Source of the DNA: an uncultured Gammaproteobacteria bacterium
GTDB taxonomy: Bacteria > Pseudomonadota > Gammaproteobacteria > Chromatiales > Chromatiaceae
DNA: 64,000 nt
Reading direction: 5' to 3'
Assembly (NCBI GenBank): GCA_963736235.1
Contig: CAVTOR010000032.1
Location: 109 to 64,108, forward strand
Shown: positions 1 through 8,953 of the stretch, piece after piece
Layout: every line of letters begins with the position of its first letter
Position numbering within the stretch: position 1 is the first letter of the stretch
The notes under the pieces: model-generated
Told to the model about the DNA's origin: nothing
Seen by the model: the letters and a program-made list of their open reading frames with translations, nothing else
The model's database searches: none
Position numbers and translations under genes: made by a program

Positions 1-1
1 T

Positions 2-256
2 TCGGTGCCCGAATCCCTGGTCGCCTTCCTGGAGTCCATCGACTACGAGAGCGCGGTACGGAACGCCGTCTCACTCGGCGGCGATGCCGACACCATGGCC
101 TGCATCGCCGCCGGTATTGCTCAGGCCTTCTACGGCGCTGTCCCCAAGCAGATTGCTCGGGAGGTCCGCTCGCGACTGCCGGAGGATTTCCGGAATGTCC
201 TGGATCGCTTGGAGAGCCGTTACGGATCAGTGAAAGCGAACCCCAGACTGGCATAG
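2..256 (+). CDS. ADP-ribosylglycohydrolase family protein, C-terminal part (5' end off-window)
   Basis: The frame is open from the window edge. 'SLGGDADTMACIAAGIAQAFYG' matches the C-terminal metal-binding region of DraG/ARH-type ADP-ribosylglycohydrolases. Confidence 0.6.
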   Translation, partial: SVPESLVAFLESIDYESAVRNAVSLGGDADTMACIAAGIAQAFYGAVPKQIAREVRSRLPEDFRNVLDRLESRYGSVKANPRLA

Positions 257-290
257 CGCGCCAGGTGCAGAACGTCGTCCCTAACCCGGA

Positions 291-491
291 TCACCGGCGA
301 AAGAGCCAGATCACCAGAGACAATATGAGACTCAGGAGGATCCCGGTCGTCAGGGGCAGATAGAAGCGGAAGCCCTCGCGCTCGACGGCGATATCGCCGG
401 GCAGCCGTCCAAGGGGAAGCTTTGAGAGCCAGGGCCACAGCAGCCCGATGACCAGGATGCTGAGGCCGGCGACGATCAGGGCCTTCTGCAT
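291..491 (-). CDS. DUF2905-like small membrane protein
   Basis: 66 aa with two hydrophobic helices flanking 'LPGDIAVEREGFRFYLP', the DUF2905 pattern. Its start abuts the stop of the upstream radical SAM gene. Confidence 0.7.
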   Translation of the reverse strand: MQKALIVAGLSILVIGLLWPWLSKLPLGRLPGDIAVEREGFRFYLPLTTGILLSLILSLVIWLFRR

Positions 492-1595
492 TCAGGACCC
501 GCTCATGCCGATCCCGTCGATCGTGGTGCCGCACTCCGGGCAGGCGCCTGCGCGGATCCGGTTCTGGCGCGCGAAGAAGCCGTGGCGCTCGATCAGCAGG
601 GCGCCGCACTGGTAGCAATGGGTATTTTCGCCGCCCTCGCCGGGCACGTTGCCCTCGTAGACATAGCGCAGGCCCGCCTTGCGGCCGATCTCGCAGGCCC
701 GGCGCAGGGTCTCGACCGGTGTCGGCGGATGATCGTGCATCCGGTAGGCGGGGTAGTACTGGCTGAGGTGCCAGGGGATAGCGGGATCGAGCCCGGACAG
801 GAACTCGGCGATCCCGCTTAGCTCCTCGTCGTTGTCGTTGAGGCCGGGGATCACCAACGTGGTGACCTCCACCCAGACCCCGAGCTCGTGATAGAGCCGG
901 ATGGCGTCCAGCACCGGCTGCAGCCGGGCGCGGCTGATGCGCCGGTAGGACTCCTCGCGGAAGAACTTGAGGTCGATGTTGACCGCATCGAGCAGCGGCG
1001 CGATCTCCCGCAGGGCCGCCTCGCCGATGAAGCCGTTGCTGACGAAGCTGTTCTTCAGGCCCTGCTCTTTGGCGAGCACCGCGGTGTCGTGGGCCAGCTC
1101 GTAGAAGATGGTGGGCTCCGTGAACGTATAGGAGATCGAGAGGCACCCCGTCTGCTTGGCCGCACGCACGATCTCCGCCGGCGTGACCGGCTCGCCGGGC
1201 ACCTGCGCGTCCAGGGCCTCGAGCTGGGGGCAAATGGGCTCCGGCGCATCCGCTTCCGACTGCTTGTCGAGCTTCTTCGGCAGATGGTCCTTCGGCCATT
1301 GGGAGATCTGCCAGTTCTGGCAGTAGGAGCAGCGCAGGTTACACCCGACCGTCGAGATCGAGTAGGCATAGGATCCAGGGTGGAAGTGGAACAGGGGCTT
1401 CTTCTCGATCGGGTTGACCTCGCGGGCAACCACCTTGTCGTAGACGAGCGTATAGAGCTTGCCGTCGCGGTTGTAGCGCACGCTGCAGGCGCCGCGTCCA
1501 CCGTTCGGGATGCGGCAGTCGTGCGGGCACAGGGTACAGAGCACCTTCTTGTCGGCGAGGGGCTGGTAGAAGCGGGCTTCGTGCACAGAGGTCAT
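492..1595 (-). CDS. AmmeMemoRadiSam-system-type radical SAM enzyme (copy 1)
   Basis: Motifs: 'CTLCPHDC', radical-SAM 'CNLRCSYCQNWQIS' (CxxxCxxC), 'ISYTFTEPTIFYE' and a C-terminal 'CYQCG...CPECG' ribbon. Start chosen at ATG 1595 (MTSVHEARFY). The upstream 45 codons of the listed ORF look non-coding. Confidence 0.8.
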   Translation of the reverse strand: MTSVHEARFYQPLADKKVLCTLCPHDCRIPNGGRGACSVRYNRDGKLYTLVYDKVVAREVNPIEKKPLFHFHPGSYAYSISTVGCNLRCSYCQNWQISQWPKDHLPKKLDKQSEADAPEPICPQLEALDAQVPGEPVTPAEIVRAAKQTGCLSISYTFTEPTIFYELAHDTAVLAKEQGLKNSFVSNGFIGEAALREIAPLLDAVNIDLKFFREESYRRISRARLQPVLDAIRLYHELGVWVEVTTLVIPGLNDNDEELSGIAEFLSGLDPAIPWHLSQYYPAYRMHDHPPTPVETLRRACEIGRKAGLRYVYEGNVPGEGGENTHCYQCGALLIERHGFFARQNRIRAGACPECGTTIDGIGMSGS

Positions 1596-1740
1596 GCGTG
1601 CAACTCTAGCACTTGGCAGGCTGCCGGGCGCCGGTCCGTTAAACGGCGGTCCGTGGATCCTTGACCGGATCCTCGGCCGGTATGCATCGCGCGGCCATGA
1701 CAACAATGTTTCCGATTCAGAAACACGCAAAACGGCGTCT

Positions 1741-2124
1741 ATGCGAACCCTGATCCTGACCTACCCGAGGGAGATCGACGACCAAGCGCCGCTGGAGGGC
1801 AAGTTTCTTCAGCTCCTGTGGGCTGGTCGCACTTATCTGCTCTTCGCCAGCGCCGAGGAGCACCGCTACCACAACCAGATCCTCGGGCGTTTCCTCTCGG
1901 AGCAAGGTATCCCCCACCGCTGGGAGGGGGTGGAGAACCTGCTCGTGGATCACCCCGAGCTTTCGGTCATTGGGGGCGGACGCTTCCGTCTTGATCTCCT
2001 CACGAAGCAACTTCGGGTGTGGGATGCGTCCAGCGTTTACGGTCGCTTTGATGCGTCCGCCCTGTCAGTGCAGCTCGCCGCGGCGGATCCGCACTGGCAG
2101 GGGCTCGTACTCAGCGTCGCTTGA
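1741..2124 (+). CDS. hypothetical protein, possible Janus/PHPT1-like (14-kDa phosphohistidine phosphatase) fold
   Basis: 127 aa from ATG 1741. 'EEHRYHNQIL', 'IGGGRFRL' and 'LRVWDASSVYGRFD' line up by eye with the 'AEYHADIY ... LGGGRISH ... IHVYGYSMAYG' pattern of PHPT1. The family call is tentative. Confidence 0.45.
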   Translation: MRTLILTYPREIDDQAPLEGKFLQLLWAGRTYLLFASAEEHRYHNQILGRFLSEQGIPHRWEGVENLLVDHPELSVIGGGRFRLDLLTKQLRVWDASSVYGRFDASALSVQLAAADPHWQGLVLSVA

Positions 2125-2186
2125 GCCCGAATGCTCCGCGGTGAGAATGCAACGATTATGAGGTGCGAGCGGATCCTCACAGCCCG

Positions 2187-3365
2187 TCAGATGCCGAGGT
2201 AGCCCTCGGGCGCCAGGCTCGTGGCGAGCATGACCGAGTTGATATCCTCATGCTCCTTCCAGGTCCGGCTGCTCCGATTCGCCGGTTCCAGCCAGAAGCC
2301 CTCGATCGTATCGATCATGGGGGCATAGTGCATCAGCCGTTCGAGGCGCGGGCCGAGGGAGGAAACAGAATCCAAGGTCCCGGGATACTGTGCGGCCAGC
2401 TCCCGTGTGCGCTTGACCGCGCGCAGTCCGATCGACAGCCCGAGCTCGCGGAACGCGAGCCGGTAATCCGCCGGCATCGACAGGGCATCCCTGTCTCTTG
2501 ACTCGTACTCGAGTCCGGGCAAGGACGCGTCGAGCACGGTGTTGATGAGACCGCCATATCCTGAAACACCCGCCAGGGTGAGCTGCGCCAGCGTGTGCGC
2601 TGCGGTCAGCAGGCCGCCGATCCCGAGGGGGTCGGCGGTGGCAAGAGGCTGACTCTCTGTCATGACGGCCAGATGGGCGATCTGTCGATCGAGATCGGGG
2701 CCAGCGACTTCACCCAATCTGCTGGCCGCGTGACGCAACTCGAGGCAGGTGACCAAGCCGTCCAAGGGATCGTGCTGGCCCTGCGAGTCGACCAGCGGCC
2801 GGGAGAGGTCGATGCTCATCTTCCAGACCATGCGCCGCGGGCCGCCGGACGGCGGACCATAGCTGAAGCGCTCAACAGCGGTCTCCGCGAGCTCCCCCGC
2901 CCAATGGGCATAGTGCGCCTCACCAGTTACTTTGCCCACGCGGGCCAGGGCGTGCATCCACTTGGTCAGGTAGTGGAAGTACTGGCCGTCCCGATACCAT
3001 TCGAGACGTTCGTCGAATGGTTCATCCGGTCCGCGCTCGTTGAGCGCCTTGCCGATTCTTAAGCCCCCTTTGGTTGGGTGCCGCTCTCCCTCTTTGTCAT
3101 CCAGACCGCTGACCCATCCGTCCCTCGGGTCGTCCGCTCGATGTCGCCCGAGGACGTGGTGTACCTGGTCCACGAGGCGCAGCGCGAGCTCGCGATAGGT
3201 CTTGTCGCCCGTTCGCTGCGCGAGTGTTAGGAAGCTGCAGATGGCGAAGGCGTCGGTCCACAGATAGCGTGTCGACGGTCGTTCTCCGATCAAGCCCGAG
3301 CGTTCGGCGAAGTCCGTCATGAGGTTGCGGACAAAATACGCTACTTCTTGTTGGGTCATAGCCAT
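2187..3365 (-). CDS. conserved hypothetical protein (helical-repeat-like)
   Basis: 392 aa from ATG 3365 (MAMTQQEVAYF). Coding-like composition, no recognisable catalytic motif. The upstream part of the 551-aa listed ORF is Arg/Pro/Ser-rich junk overlapping the next gene. Confidence 0.6.
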   Translation of the reverse strand: MAMTQQEVAYFVRNLMTDFAERSGLIGERPSTRYLWTDAFAICSFLTLAQRTGDKTYRELALRLVDQVHHVLGRHRADDPRDGWVSGLDDKEGERHPTKGGLRIGKALNERGPDEPFDERLEWYRDGQYFHYLTKWMHALARVGKVTGEAHYAHWAGELAETAVERFSYGPPSGGPRRMVWKMSIDLSRPLVDSQGQHDPLDGLVTCLELRHAASRLGEVAGPDLDRQIAHLAVMTESQPLATADPLGIGGLLTAAHTLAQLTLAGVSGYGGLINTVLDASLPGLEYESRDRDALSMPADYRLAFRELGLSIGLRAVKRTRELAAQYPGTLDSVSSLGPRLERLMHYAPMIDTIEGFWLEPANRSSRTWKEHEDINSVMLATSLAPEGYLGI

Positions 3366-3438
3366 TGGCACGTTCCCAGCGAGTCCCATTTGTTTCCCGC
3401 AGGGCGCATCGGCCTGTTCGGGGGGCAGGACATTGATT

Positions 3439-4485
3439 CTATCTCTTTGCGTCTGGCACAGATTCGAACACTCGGGCCAAGCCGTCACGCTTCGGCAGTG
3501 GGTACGGCTCCCAGCCCGATCCGGTCCGTTGCAGGACTCGCGGCGGTCCCTCGGTGACCTCGCCGATCTCTGTGCAGGGGATACCCTCCTGTTCGAGGGC
3601 ACCGCGAATAGCCTCCGCATCCGGCGTCGGCGCGGTGAGAAGCAAAGCTCCGGAGGCAATGGCGGTGAGGGGATCGATGGCGAAGGCGGCGCACACCTGC
3701 CCCGAGAGCAGCGTGACCGATACCGCCGCCGGATCGAACCGCAAACCTCTTCCCGAAGCCTGGGCGAGCTCCCACAGGGCGGCGGCCAGTCCGCCCTCGG
3801 TAGGATCGTGCATGGCGGTGACCCGGCCGGCATCCAGGGCAATCCGGGCGTCCCGGGTGACCCCGATCCCCGGGTCGTTCAGGTAGCCTTGGGCCTGACT
3901 GAGGTCGGCGGCGGTCAGAACCTCTCTCAGCTGCTCCGACCGCTCCCGGGCCAGGATGGCGGTGGCCTCGATGGGGACGGACCTGGTCAGCAGCAGGCGG
4001 TCCCCCGGCTGGGCCCCGCGCGGGGTAACCAAGCGGTCCCGGTCTACCAGGCCGAGCAGGGACCCCACCGCCACCGGGCGGTCCAGCCCGTAGGTGATCT
4101 CCGTATGGCCTCCGACGAGGGAGATGTCCAGCCCCCTACAAGCGTCGCCGATCTGCCCGATGAGCCGTTCGGCCATGGCCTCGTCGGCCGTGTTCTCGGG
4201 TAGGAGCAGCGTGACCAGCAGCCAGCTGGGTGTGGCGCCGGTGGTGGCGAGGTCGTTGGCGTTCACCTGCACCAGATAGTCGCCGAGCTGGTCGGTGGCG
4301 AAGGTGACCGGGTCGGACTTACACACCAGAAGCTGCTCGCCCAGGTCAATCACCGCGCAGTCGAGACCCACGCCCGGCCCCACCAGGACGCGCGGGTCGT
4401 CGACCGGGGCCGCCGCCAGGAGACGAGCGAGTATCTCAGGCGGCAGCTTGCCGACGGGGAGCGATGGTGCGTCGCGATCGCGCAT
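3439..4485 (-). CDS. AIR synthase-related protein (PurM/HypE/ThiL superfamily)
   Basis: Motifs 'GLDCAVIDL', 'VNANDLATTGATP', 'LVGGHTEIT' and 'AMHDPTEGGLAAAL'. Start at ATG 4485 (MRDRDAPSLPVGKLPPE). Confidence 0.7.
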   Translation of the reverse strand: MRDRDAPSLPVGKLPPEILARLLAAAPVDDPRVLVGPGVGLDCAVIDLGEQLLVCKSDPVTFATDQLGDYLVQVNANDLATTGATPSWLLVTLLLPENTADEAMAERLIGQIGDACRGLDISLVGGHTEITYGLDRPVAVGSLLGLVDRDRLVTPRGAQPGDRLLLTRSVPIEATAILARERSEQLREVLTAADLSQAQGYLNDPGIGVTRDARIALDAGRVTAMHDPTEGGLAAALWELAQASGRGLRFDPAAVSVTLLSGQVCAAFAIDPLTAIASGALLLTAPTPDAEAIRGALEQEGIPCTEIGEVTEGPPRVLQRTGSGWEPYPLPKRDGLARVFESVPDAKR

Positions 4486-4896
4486 GGCGTTACTGTGCCA
4501 GTGCCGCGGCAGGCTTGTCACAACCGATCGTTTCCGGCTTCTGGATCGTCGCCTCGTTGGCGGCGAGTGCCAAGAGGGCCAATAGGCCCTGCACGCCCGC
4601 GCTCTGTAGTACCGCATTGACAGCCCAGTTCATCCGCGATGTCTGCGCGCGGCGGATTTGGTACCGGGATCTGGGCAGTGCATACCTGGCGAGAAGGTTT
4701 CTTCTAGACTGTGCAGGGAGTCCCGGGGAAGCAAGAAGGCCGCGGAGGAGACCGAGACTCCACCCGAGTGCTGGCCCTGCATGACGTTCGGTCACTGCAT
4801 CGCCGACGTCAACGGGGTCGAAGCCAAGCAACCAAGGTTTATCGAACGCAATTGTGGCGAAACCGGCGTAGCAGTGGATCGTACAGCGGCCTCCTT

Positions 4897-5658
4897 ATGA
4901 AGGCCGCGCTTGACTACGGTCGCCTGGGTTGGTCGGTCATCCCGATCGAGCCCCGCGGTAAGCGCCCGGTGATCCGCTGGCAGGTCTACCAGCACCGGCA
5001 CCCGGAAAAGATAGAGGTCGCCAATTGGTTCCGACACTGGCCGGACGCCAATATCGCCGTTGTAACGGGCATCGTCTCCGGTCTTGCGGTGCTGGACATC
5101 GACCCGCGCCATGGGGGGGATTCCAGTTTCCACGAATTGGAGCGCCAACATGGGCTCGCCACGGAGACCGTCGAGGCCCGCACCGGTGGAGGCGGGCGCC
5201 ATCTCTACTTCGCACATCCCGGCGAGATGCTGCACAACCGGGTCGGCCTCGCCCCGGGTGTCGACCTGCGCAGCGACGGCGGGTACGTGGTGGCGCCGCC
5301 CTCGGTCCACGCCAGTGGCGAGCCCTATCGGTGGGAACGCTCCCCTGATGTCTGCCCCTTGGCGCCGCTGCCGGACTGGCTGAGTGAGGCGTCGGAGGAA
5401 CAGGGCCATCGCGGACACCCGATCTCTCACTGGCGCCGCCTTCTGCGGGAAGGCGTTGGCGAGGGCGAGCGCAACAACAGCATCGCCTCCCTGGCCGGAC
5501 ACCTGCTGTGGCACGGCGTCGATCCCGAGGTCGCAACGGAGCTCCTGCTCGCGTGGAATGCGACGCGCTGCCGACCGCCGCTCGAGCCGGAGGAGGTCGT
5601 ACGCACCGTCGCGTCGATTAGCCGTCTCCACCAGCAGGGAGAGGACAGCGTTACCTGA
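4897..5658 (+). CDS. bifunctional DNA primase/polymerase (Prim-Pol, AEP superfamily) with PriCT-like tail
   Basis: Motifs 'GWSVIPIEPRGKRP', 'LAVLDIDPRHGG' (DxD), 'TGGGGRHLYF' (sxH), 'GVDLRSDGGYVVAPPSVHASG', then 'ERNNSIASLAGHLL'. Start at ATG 4897. Confidence 0.75.
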   Translation: MKAALDYGRLGWSVIPIEPRGKRPVIRWQVYQHRHPEKIEVANWFRHWPDANIAVVTGIVSGLAVLDIDPRHGGDSSFHELERQHGLATETVEARTGGGGRHLYFAHPGEMLHNRVGLAPGVDLRSDGGYVVAPPSVHASGEPYRWERSPDVCPLAPLPDWLSEASEEQGHRGHPISHWRRLLREGVGEGERNNSIASLAGHLLWHGVDPEVATELLLAWNATRCRPPLEPEEVVRTVASISRLHQQGEDSVT

Positions 5659-5672
5659 CGCTGAACCCTGCT

Positions 5673-6167
5673 TCATCCAGACTTATCATTCAGACTCGAG
5701 CCGGCTGCCAGCAGCTCCGGCCGAATCATCCAGGCCAATACCCACCGACTCTCCGCGTCCTTTTCCAGGCAGGCCATGGTCCCGGGCTGAAAGGCGAGCA
5801 GCGGCCGATCCGGGTCCGCGGCGAGCAGCAACGAGGCCAGCCGCCCGAGGTAGGGCAGGTGACCCACGATCAGGGTATCGACGGACCAGAAGGCGATCTC
5901 CGGGGAGACCTTCTCGAGGGGATCCTTCGGTCCCAGACCGGCGTGTTCCTGCGGCTCCCCGGTGGAAAGCAGGGCCTCGGCCAGAATCGCCGCGGTCTGC
6001 TCGGCCCGGGTCTTGCCGCTGTGCAGGGCCTGGCCGACTTGGATGCCGGCTTTGTCCAGGAACTCGGCGAGGCGCCGCACGTCCTCGCGGCCTTGCTCGT
6101 TCAATGGTCGGTCGGGGTCGACGTCCTTGGGGACGGCCAGGCCGTGTTGGGTGAGATAAATGCGCAT
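5673..6167 (-). CDS. sixA: phosphohistidine phosphatase SixA-like
   Basis: Histidine-phosphatase layout 'MRIYLTQHGLA ... SGKTRAEQTA ... IVGHLPYL'. The usual RHG motif reads QHG here. Confidence 0.75.
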   Translation of the reverse strand: MRIYLTQHGLAVPKDVDPDRPLNEQGREDVRRLAEFLDKAGIQVGQALHSGKTRAEQTAAILAEALLSTGEPQEHAGLGPKDPLEKVSPEIAFWSVDTLIVGHLPYLGRLASLLLAADPDRPLLAFQPGTMACLEKDAESRWVLAWMIRPELLAAGSSLNDKSG

Positions 6168-6189
6168 ATCAGGCTCTGATCGTGGTGGT

Positions 6190-6483
6190 TCAGGTGGAGG
6201 ACAGGCGGGTCTCGGCGCGGCGGGCGCTGTCGTACAGGGTCATCTCCCAGCGGTCCTCGATGGTGTCCTGGCGCAGCAGGTAGATGCCGCCGTCGTCGCC
6301 GCGCAGCTTGAAAAAGCGATGGCGCGGGTCCAGCCACCGTTCGATGATCTCGGTCACGGTTACCTCGCGCCGTCCAATATGCAGTAGACGGGGCTCGGCG
6401 TCCGCACGATGACCGGCGTAGCACTCGACCCGGAGGGCTGTTTCGTCGTCCGTGCCGGCGTCTTTCTCCAAAGGTTCGCTCAT
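6190..6483 (-). CDS. hypothetical protein (97 aa)
   Basis: ATG 6483 overlaps the stop of the upstream gene (ATGA). Coding-like composition, no family recognised. Confidence 0.5.
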   Translation of the reverse strand: MSEPLEKDAGTDDETALRVECYAGHRADAEPRLLHIGRREVTVTEIIERWLDPRHRFFKLRGDDGGIYLLRQDTIEDRWEMTLYDSARRAETRLSST

Positions 6484-6761
6484 CGTTTCTCCTCCAGGGA
6501 AATCAGCGGCTCGCTGATCCAAGTCCCCTTGCAGCGCGGGCACTTGCCCGGCTTGTGCAGCTTGTGCTCGTCGAACCGGAAGCCGCACTTGCGGCAGGTC
6601 GCGGGCGTGATCACCGGGCACAGGGGATCCTTACGCAGTGAGCGGAGCAGGTGCTGCAGGTCGTCCTCCAGATCCCGCGGCCTTTCGTCGAGCAGCAGGG
6701 CCAGCTCGTGCAGCGAGATGGGGCGTTCCTTGAGAATGTCGATCAGGTCCCTGCGGAACAT
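6480..6761 (-). CDS. HTH + zinc-ribbon transcriptional regulator (COG3357-like)
   Basis: N-terminal winged-helix-like 'LIDILKERPISLHELALLL' and a C-terminal 'CRKCG...CPRCKG' ribbon. Confidence 0.6.
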   Translation of the reverse strand: MFRRDLIDILKERPISLHELALLLDERPRDLEDDLQHLLRSLRKDPLCPVITPATCRKCGFRFDEHKLHKPGKCPRCKGTWISEPLISLEEKR

Positions 6762-7842
6762 GGCTCCTCCGCTTCCCGGGTCAGGCCGCGTGGATCGGCT
6801 GGTCCTGGCCGTACCTGGACGGTGGCGGGACCGCCGAGGGGGCCGTCCACGCAGATCTCCGCCGGCAGGAACAGCCGAATCACCTCCGCGTTGGTGAGCA
6901 GGTGCGCGGTGACCTGGCTAGTGCGCAGCTCGGAAGGTCCGTCGGCCAGCGCCAGCGGTAACAGGAGCTGGTCGGCCAGCCAGGGATCGACGGCGCCGTC
7001 GCTGCCCAGGAAGGCCACCAGCGCATCCACCGCCTCGTCGGCCACGCGCTCCGCGCGCTTGCCGCGGGCGCCGAGGGCGAAGCAGCAGGCACGGCCGGGC
7101 TCGCATTCTGCCAGCAACAGAAGGACGGTGCCCCGGCTGGCCGCCGGAAGTTCTTCGACGATGACCTCGGGCTCTATGTCGGGCAGCAGGTTTTGCAGCC
7201 GGCGCAAGGCCTGGCGGCGCTGGCGCTCGGCGATCTCCCGCGGCAGGTTGGCGACGGCGGAAAGTCCGCGGACGGATCGAAGAGGACCGCGCTCGGTTAG
7301 TCGAAATGGCTTCGGGCGGGCGACGCCAGGGATCTGCGTTTGTAGCTCGCCGCCGCCCTGGGGGTAGAAGCCGGCCATGGTCATGGTCAGATCGAAGGGG
7401 ACACCGATTGGTTGAGAAACGGACGCCACTGCCAGTCCAGGTAGTGAAAACAGGGGCTCCAGGGCACGTGAGTACCCCCGCGGATGGTGATGCTCGATGT
7501 GCCCGGTGCCCGCGCCAGCGGCAGCAGCAGGGTCTGCAGCACCAGCGAGGTGGCCCCGGCGGTGCCGATGTCGAAGAAGTAGTCGCCTGGCCGCACTGGA
7601 CCCGGCGCGAAAGCGATCTCCTCGGAGCCGACCCGGTCGCCTCGGACTTCGGCGCTGGCCACTCGTGCGGCGGCCCGCACCGCCGCCAGGTGCTGGGGCC
7701 GTAGTCCGGGTCGGTCCCGGTTGGAGCGGATGCGCGAGAGGCGAAAGCACTGTCCGGTCAGCAGGGACAGGCTCAGCGCGCTGCGTAGCACTTGGCCGCC
7801 GCCTTCGCCCATGGCGCCGTCGACTTCGATCGGTGTCGTCAC
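6743..7842 (-). pseudogene. rtcA: RNA 3'-terminal phosphate cyclase RtcA, one frameshift near 7405-7425
   Basis: The N-terminal half ('EVDGAMGEGGGQVLRSALSLSLLTG ... FDIGTAGATSLVLQTLL ... GGTHVPWSP') is in the frame of ORF 7387..8076. The C-terminal half ('GFYPQGGGEL ... DPWLADQLLLPLALA') is in the frame of ORF 6743..7750. Probable GTG start at 7842. Confidence 0.75.
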
Positions 7843-8059
7843 CCTCGTCCTCGCGCTCAGCTCATTGCGCCATTGCCCCTCTATTCGATTGTAGGCAATC
7901 GACCCGTTCGCTAAATCGGGCCCATGGTTCGGATCAGGTTCTCGATAACCGCGGTCGCGCGCCGAATGATCTTCGCCGATACGCCACAAGTTACCGTCCG
8001 GGGCGGCATCGGCGTTGGTGTTGGTCAGCTTCTTGGAGTCAGTCTGGGGATCCTTCCGC

Positions 8060-8815
8060 TCACGGAGATCGTGCATCGAATCGGCCGTTGCGAAGAAAGT
8101 GCAGCGTCTGGTCGATGACCTCGTTCGCGTTCATGATGAACGGGTGGGAATAGGGGAGCACCAGGAAATCGGCCATACCCTCGACCTTTGCTCGCTCCAC
8201 CGACACCTTGCCGTCGTCTGTCCCGGGAATGACGTCGGCAAGCCAGACATCGAATAAGCTGTGTTGGTTGCCGGTGATGATACCCAGCGGAAAGTCTACC
8301 GGTCCGAGCTGCTCGGGAAGTCCCTCGGGGCCGGTCACGAGCTGTTGTCCTGCGGGGCCGTTGAACCACTCGTAAAGGGCCGAATCTCGCAGGTGATCGG
8401 CGGCCTCGCTGCCCTGATTCGGTGGGCTCAGCATGACGACCCGGCCCAGATTCTCGGGCCGATGTCGACTCAGGTAGTAGCGTACCAGTACCCCGCCCAT
8501 GGAGTGCGTAACGAAGTGAATGGTCCGGGCCTGCATCCCGGCGCAGCGGCTCAAGCCGCGCCCTATCGTCTCCATCGCCAGGTTTTGGATCGTCTTTTTG
8601 CGCGATGGGTAGTCGAGATTCACCGGTCTGAATCCAGCAGCCTGCAGAGCGTCCGCCATCTTGCTCAGGGAGCGGCTTGTCCTGCCGAGCCCGTGCAACA
8701 GGATCACGCATTCCGGACCTACGGTTGCCCGTTCTTTTTCTTGGCCCGCGCCGACCTCGGGAGGACCGAGGACAACGAGCGCGAGAATCAAGAGCGTGAA
8801 TGTGGTTCTGCGCAT
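8060..8815 (-). CDS. secreted alpha/beta hydrolase (lipase/esterase-like)
   Basis: Signal peptide 'MRRTTFTLLILALVVLG', then 'LLHGLGRTS' and the nucleophile elbow 'THSMGG'. Confidence 0.75.
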   Translation of the reverse strand: MRRTTFTLLILALVVLGPPEVGAGQEKERATVGPECVILLHGLGRTSRSLSKMADALQAAGFRPVNLDYPSRKKTIQNLAMETIGRGLSRCAGMQARTIHFVTHSMGGVLVRYYLSRHRPENLGRVVMLSPPNQGSEAADHLRDSALYEWFNGPAGQQLVTGPEGLPEQLGPVDFPLGIITGNQHSLFDVWLADVIPGTDDGKVSVERAKVEGMADFLVLPYSHPFIMNANEVIDQTLHFLRNGRFDARSP

Positions 8816-8953
8816 TGATCGTGCACCCGGACCTTGGCCCGCAGGACGTGGACGACGCTCTCGTGTCTGAGGAAGTTGAGCCGTTCGACCGAGCCTTGCA
8901 GGTGTTCAGGTGCGGTCGCTACCGACTTTGGATGTTGGTGAAGCATTCGCCGC

